A stretch of DNA of 64,000 nt from an uncultured bacterium. GTDB taxonomy: Bacteria; Fermentibacterota; Fermentibacteria; Fermentibacterales; JCC-6. The stretch is from the NCBI GenBank assembly GCA_964423505.1, contig CAYREX010000009.1, forward strand, positions 1 through 64,000, written 5' to 3'. Made by a program: the position numbers and the translations under genes. Below the pieces are notes generated by a model. The model was not told the DNA's origin. It did no database searches and saw only the letters and a list, made by a program, of their open reading frames with translations. Positions 60,006-64,000 of this stretch are shown here, piece by piece (the first letter of the stretch is position 1; every line of letters starts with the position of its first letter).

Positions 60006-61313
60006 TTGCAGCTCATACACTGGCTTCCGTTCCGCTCCCCCAGGTCGCCGGTAAGGCTCCCCAGGCCGGTCCGCGGCCCGGAGAGGGAGACGTTCAAGCT
60101 GCACCTCCTCTCCGGGGTCATGGGCGGCGTCGCCATAGGCGTCACCCTGAACCACGAGTACATGGCCGCAGCCGGCCTGGACGCGGCCCAGTGGCAGATA
60201 ACCCTGCTCACCATGATATGGCCGGTGAGCAACATCCTCTCGGTCTTCCTGAACCACTGGATAGACAGCAACGGCGGCTACTCGAGGGCCCTGCTCCTCG
60301 CGGCGGTGGCAAGGCTGCCCCTTGCCCTCATGATGCTCACCTCCAGCGTGAACCTCATGCTGCTGCTGATGATCCCATTCTTCATGTCGAACAGCGTGGT
60401 CATCCCCACCCAGAACGCAATCATGCGTCAGCGTTACAGCCGCTCCCACAGGGCCCACCTCTTCGGCTGGTGGACCACCGTGCTGACCATGTTCAGCCTG
60501 CCGACGGCCATGCTGGTCGGCGCCCTCCTGGACGCCGACTTCCAGTTCTACAGGATCCTCTTCCTGGCCGAGGCGCTCTTCGGTGCAGGGCAGGCGGTGG
60601 TGCTCTCCATCATCGCCCGGGGGATGCAGACCGGTGTGGCGGAGCGGTCGACCGGCAGGGGTACGCTCCACTTCGTCCGCTCCCTCTGGGACGTCTTCCG
60701 CAGGGACAGGGAGTTCGCCCGGTTCGAGCTGTTCTTCTTCACCTACGGAGTTGGCTTCCTGATGCTGCTGCCCGTCGTGCCGGTGTTCGCCACCGAGAGG
60801 CTGAGCCTCTCCTACGAGGAGTACGCCATGGCGAAGGGCGTCATCGGGCAGATGGGGGTGCTGCTCCTGTCACCACTGATGGGCACCAGGCTGGACAGGC
60901 TCAGTCCCTTCCGGTTCTCGGGGCTTGTCTGCCTGCTGCTGGCCCTCTACCCGGTCTCCCTGCTGATGTCGGAGATGATGCCCTCCCTGGGCACCTTCTT
61001 CTTCTACGCCGCCTACCTGGTTTTCGCGGTGAGCATCGCCGGCATAAGGATGAGCTGGAACATATCCAGCATGCACTTCGCCCCCCCGGGGCAGGAGGCC
61101 ACCTACCAGGGGCTGCACGTCTCCCTGACCGCCGTCCGCGGCTGCTTCGCGCCGATCCTGGGCAGCGTGATACTGGAGCTGTGGGGATTCCGAGAGACCT
61201 TCATCACGGCCGCCGCCGTCTTCACCCTGGCGGGGCTCCTGTTCCTCGGTCACTACCGGAGAACGCACGAGAAGGGGCCGGGACGGACTCGTGCGTCCGT
61301 CCCGGCCCCCTGA
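60006..61313 (+). CDS. MFS transporter
   Basis: 435 aa, 12 predicted TM helices, two-fold repeat layout; TTG start. Confidence 0.6.
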   Translation: MQLIHWLPFRSPRSPVRLPRPVRGPERETFKLHLLSGVMGGVAIGVTLNHEYMAAAGLDAAQWQITLLTMIWPVSNILSVFLNHWIDSNGGYSRALLLAAVARLPLALMMLTSSVNLMLLLMIPFFMSNSVVIPTQNAIMRQRYSRSHRAHLFGWWTTVLTMFSLPTAMLVGALLDADFQFYRILFLAEALFGAGQAVVLSIIARGMQTGVAERSTGRGTLHFVRSLWDVFRRDREFARFELFFFTYGVGFLMLLPVVPVFATERLSLSYEEYAMAKGVIGQMGVLLLSPLMGTRLDRLSPFRFSGLVCLLLALYPVSLLMSEMMPSLGTFFFYAAYLVFAVSIAGIRMSWNISSMHFAPPGQEATYQGLHVSLTAVRGCFAPILGSVILELWGFRETFITAAAVFTLAGLLFLGHYRRTHEKGPGRTRASVPAP

Positions 61314-61332
61314 TACCGTACGGCGGTCTGGC

Positions 61333-61833
61333 CTAGAAGTTGACTCCCGCGCTCAGCCCGAACCAGGCCGCGTCGAAGTCGAAGTCGACCAGGTGGTACT
61401 TGGCGCTAAGCTCGACGTCCACGCCCCCGGTGGGGAGTATCGTGCCCACGTGTCCGTAGGCACCGAACTCGCTGTCGCTGTCGTCGTACTCCTCGCCGTT
61501 GAACTCCCAGCTGACCGATGCTATGTGGAGAGCCAGTCCGCCGCCGTAGAAGACGAACCCGGAGTAGGTCCGGGCTCCCGCCAGTATGGGTACCATGCTG
61601 GCGGAGAAGTCCTCCAGGTCGGCTGCGTCGGAGAGGAAGGCGTAGCTGATGCTCCCCTCGATGGCGAAGAGGGGCATGTGCGAGAGGATGTTGACCCCTA
61701 TCATCGGACTGGCGTTGTAATGGTCGGCCACGTCTCCGGTGGGGATGAGTATCCCGGCGTGACCGCCGAACTCGACGTTCGCGGCGAAAGCTAGAATGGA
61801 AAGGACCGCAGTGAACAGCAGAGCCAGCTTCAT
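61333..61833 (-). CDS. Outer-membrane beta-barrel protein (OmpW/OmpA-like small porin)
   Basis: Signal peptide MKLALLFTAVLSILAFA; alternating amphipathic strands; C-terminal Phe. Confidence 0.6.
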   Translation of the reverse strand: MKLALLFTAVLSILAFAANVEFGGHAGILIPTGDVADHYNASPMIGVNILSHMPLFAIEGSISYAFLSDAADLEDFSASMVPILAGARTYSGFVFYGGGLALHIASVSWEFNGEEYDDSDSEFGAYGHVGTILPTGGVDVELSAKYHLVDFDFDAAWFGLSAGVNF

Positions 61834-61872
61834 ATCGACCCCTTTCGGTGGTGTTCTCCCCCTCTGCCGATT

Positions 61873-62574
61873 CTAGGCTCCGCCGGGGCCACGGTCAACT
61901 TGGGACAGCAGCCCGGGCAGCTCCCGGAGCGAGCGGAGCTCGAACCTCCTGGGGCCGTCTCCCGCGAACTCCCCGTCCAGGCGGAGCCAGGCGAAGTCCA
62001 CTCCGGCGGCGGCCGCGGCGCCCATGTCGCTCCTCGCCGAGTCGCCGACGAAGAGCGTCCTGGAGGGCTCTGAGCCGGCCAGCCTCATTGCCAGCTCCAG
62101 TATCCCCGGGGAGGGCTTGGCGATGCCGACCTCGCAGCTAAGCACCAGCAGGTCCAGGTGCTCCATGAGTCCCGCCGCCTGCAGACGCCGCCTCTGGGCG
62201 TCCCCGCGGCCGTTGGACACGATGCCCACGGAGTGCTCGCGGTGGAGGTCTGCCATGACCTCCGCGGCGCCCGGCAGCGGCTCTCCGTGCTCTCCGAGGG
62301 CATCCAGGTAGGCGGAGAAGAGCTCCCCGGGGGTGACCGCTATCCCCGCCTCGGAGAGCTCCCGCCCAAACCTGCGCATGGCGTCGTCCTCTCCCCGTCT
62401 GCAGGCCTCCAGGTCCTGAAGGGCGTCCCCCCGGGCTATCCCCAGGAGGACCTCGAAGGCGTCACCGGGGACCCCCGGCAGCTCCAGCAGCCTCGATACC
62501 GCGTGCCTCTGGGCGGCATCGTAGTCCAGCAGCGTCCCGTCCAGGTCGAGCAGCACCGCGTCGTAGAGTCCCAT
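61873..62574 (-). CDS. HAD-superfamily hydrolase
   Basis: Motif I LLDLDGTLLD, motif II SNG, motif IV GDSxxD; start placed at ATG 62574 (ORF opens at TTG 62598). Confidence 0.75.
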   Translation of the reverse strand: MGLYDAVLLDLDGTLLDYDAAQRHAVSRLLELPGVPGDAFEVLLGIARGDALQDLEACRRGEDDAMRRFGRELSEAGIAVTPGELFSAYLDALGEHGEPLPGAAEVMADLHREHSVGIVSNGRGDAQRRRLQAAGLMEHLDLLVLSCEVGIAKPSPGILELAMRLAGSEPSRTLFVGDSARSDMGAAAAAGVDFAWLRLDGEFAGDGPRRFELRSLRELPGLLSQVDRGPGGA

Positions 62575-62801
62575 GAAGCTCCGTCCCGTGATGGACAACC
62601 CCTCTCCGCGCCTTCCACCGGGAATCTACATGCCGCCGGCTCCCTCCGGACAGCCTGCCTCTCCCTTGCGGCTGCCCGGCCGAGCCGACATTGATGGGTC
62701 GTGGCCACGGAGCGGTGGCCCGGAGGAGGCGTCCTGCCGGCAGGCCCGGGCAGCGAGCCCGAAGCGGGTGGCGGGACCAGTTGGCAGGGACGGGAGGAAC
62801 C

Positions 62802-64000
62802 ATGGGCATGGGCGCGGCACTTCTGGCCGCCGCGGTCTCCGCGATGTCGGTCACCATAACGGAGCCTGCCGACGGCGGCTCCTACGACGGGGACTGGCTC
62901 ACCGTCAGGGCCCTGGTCGAGAACGGGAACAGCCTTCCGGACTCGGTATGCCTCAACCTGAACGGCGAGCCGCAGATGCCGGTCCCCAGGCTGAGCACCG
63001 ACTGGCCGACCTACATGCAGAACTACCTGAACCACGGCTTCTCGGAGTCTCCCGCCCCGGATGACGCCACCATCCTCTGGACCGCTCCGGTCACCGGTCA
63101 GTACCACGAGTTCCCGACGCCGACCGTCGTGGACGGGATCGTCTACTACCCGTCGAACGTCGGTACCGACTCCGTCTACGCCCTCGACGCGGCGACCGGC
63201 GAGGTGGTCTGGAAGTACCTGGTGGGCCAGACGGACGACGCCGTCACCGTCTCGGGAGGCCGCGCGTACGTGGCCAGCGACTCGCTCTGGTGCCTGGATG
63301 CGCTGACGGGGCGCAGGATATGGGCCTCCGGCGATGCCGGCTACGGAGGCAGCACGCCGGTGGTCCACGACGGGCACGTGTTCGCCGGGGAGAGGTCGGA
63401 GTCGCTGGACTCGAGCTGGGTCTGCAGCTTCGATGCGCGGACCGGCGAGAGGGAGTGGATGGTCTTTCTGGAAGGTGCCACCGTCAGCTGCCTCGCGCTC
63501 TGGGAGGGCATGCTCTTCGTCCCGACCTTCGAGGGGCCGCTCTACGCGCTGGACACCGCCGACGGCGGAGTCGTCTGGACCAACCGGGACGTCGAGGACG
63601 GGTACTGGGACTCCTCTCCGGTGATCGTGGACGGCAACATCTACATAGGCGGCATGGACGACCGGCTGTGGGCTTTCGACGCCATGTCGGGCGACTCCGT
63701 CTGGTCCGGCCGGCCACTCTCCGGAGGCGTCACGGCGACGCCGGCCTACCACGACGGGAGACTCTACGCCGCCGGGCAGCACGGGCCGTACGTGGCCGCG
63801 GACGCGCTGACCGGAGATGTCCTCTGGACGCGGGACTACAGGCTGCACGGCTCCTCGGCCGTGGCCGACGGGAAGGTGTTCTTCGGCGAGTACTCCTGGA
63901 ACGACAGCGCACGGGTGGTCTGCCTCGACTGCCTCACCGGGGATGCCGTATGGACCTACATGACGACGACGCACCGCTTCCAGGGGAGCCCCTCGGTCAC
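62802..64000 (+). CDS. PQQ-repeat beta-propeller protein (BamB-like), 3'-truncated by the window edge
   Basis: Signal-like N-terminus MGMGAALLAAAVSAMS after RBS GGGAGG; repeated D-A-x-TG-x-x-W-W motifs; no stop before position 64000. Absent from the ORF track for that reason. Confidence 0.65.
   Translation, partial: MGMGAALLAAAVSAMSVTITEPADGGSYDGDWLTVRALVENGNSLPDSVCLNLNGEPQMPVPRLSTDWPTYMQNYLNHGFSESPAPDDATILWTAPVTGQYHEFPTPTVVDGIVYYPSNVGTDSVYALDAATGEVVWKYLVGQTDDAVTVSGGRAYVASDSLWCLDALTGRRIWASGDAGYGGSTPVVHDGHVFAGERSESLDSSWVCSFDARTGEREWMVFLEGATVSCLALWEGMLFVPTFEGPLYALDTADGGVVWTNRDVEDGYWDSSPVIVDGNIYIGGMDDRLWAFDAMSGDSVWSGRPLSGGVTATPAYHDGRLYAAGQHGPYVAADALTGDVLWTRDYRLHGSSAVADGKVFFGEYSWNDSARVVCLDCLTGDAVWTYMTTTHRFQGSPSV

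Noticed and set aside
62436-63974. 512-aa minus-strand ORF at the window end
   Set aside because: Antisense to a clear PQQ-repeat propeller gene on the plus strand (62802..>64000), which the track missed because it has no stop in the window.

Overview
High-GC (~68%) bacterial chromosomal segment of about 64 kb, densely packed with roughly 55 protein-coding genes. Many overlap by 1-4 bp (ATGA/GTGA translational coupling). I saw no rRNA, tRNA, CRISPR array, transposase or integrase. Four secreted proteins end in the same ~80-aa C-terminal domain, which resembles a type IX secretion (T9SS) sorting tail, so the organism is probably from the FCB-like radiation despite its high GC (likely a MAG). 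Content, in order: a divergent ceramide-type sphingolipid triad (CerR-like reductase / serine palmitoyltransferase / GNAT bCerS-like N-acyltransferase), transcriptionally fused to a short alaS, a secreted caspase-like (clan CD) peptidase, an M42 peptidase and a DUF1028-TPR protein; a ~0.9 kb low-GC islet carrying a RelE/ParE-RHH toxin-antitoxin pair; membrane glycosyltransferase-like proteins; a transglutaminase-like T9SS cargo; a GIY-YIG nuclease; ruvX-mltG; an SPFH/zinc-ribbon protein; two acyl-CoA ligases; a DAHP synthase followed by a pfkA-gap-pgk-tpiA glycolytic operon that runs on into a CPBP intramembrane protease and a beta-propeller T9SS cargo; a seven-gene cluster (B12-radical SAM, PEGA-FGE, fatty-acyl-CoA ligase, N-acetyl-sugar amidotransferase, two GT-C-like membrane proteins, Wzx flippase) that looks like an uncharacterised envelope glycoconjugate or lipid-modification pathway; topoisomerase IV parE/parC (ParC carries an acidic disordered tail); a P-type ATPase; nitroreductase, purC, cysC, an MFS transporter, an OMP beta-barrel, a HAD hydrolase and a 3'-truncated PQQ-repeat propeller. 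One secreted T9SS gene is interrupted by an in-frame TGA (pseudogene, sequencing error or possible selenocysteine). All coordinates come from the six-frame track plus manual start refinement; functions are inferred from motifs I recognise, not from database searches.
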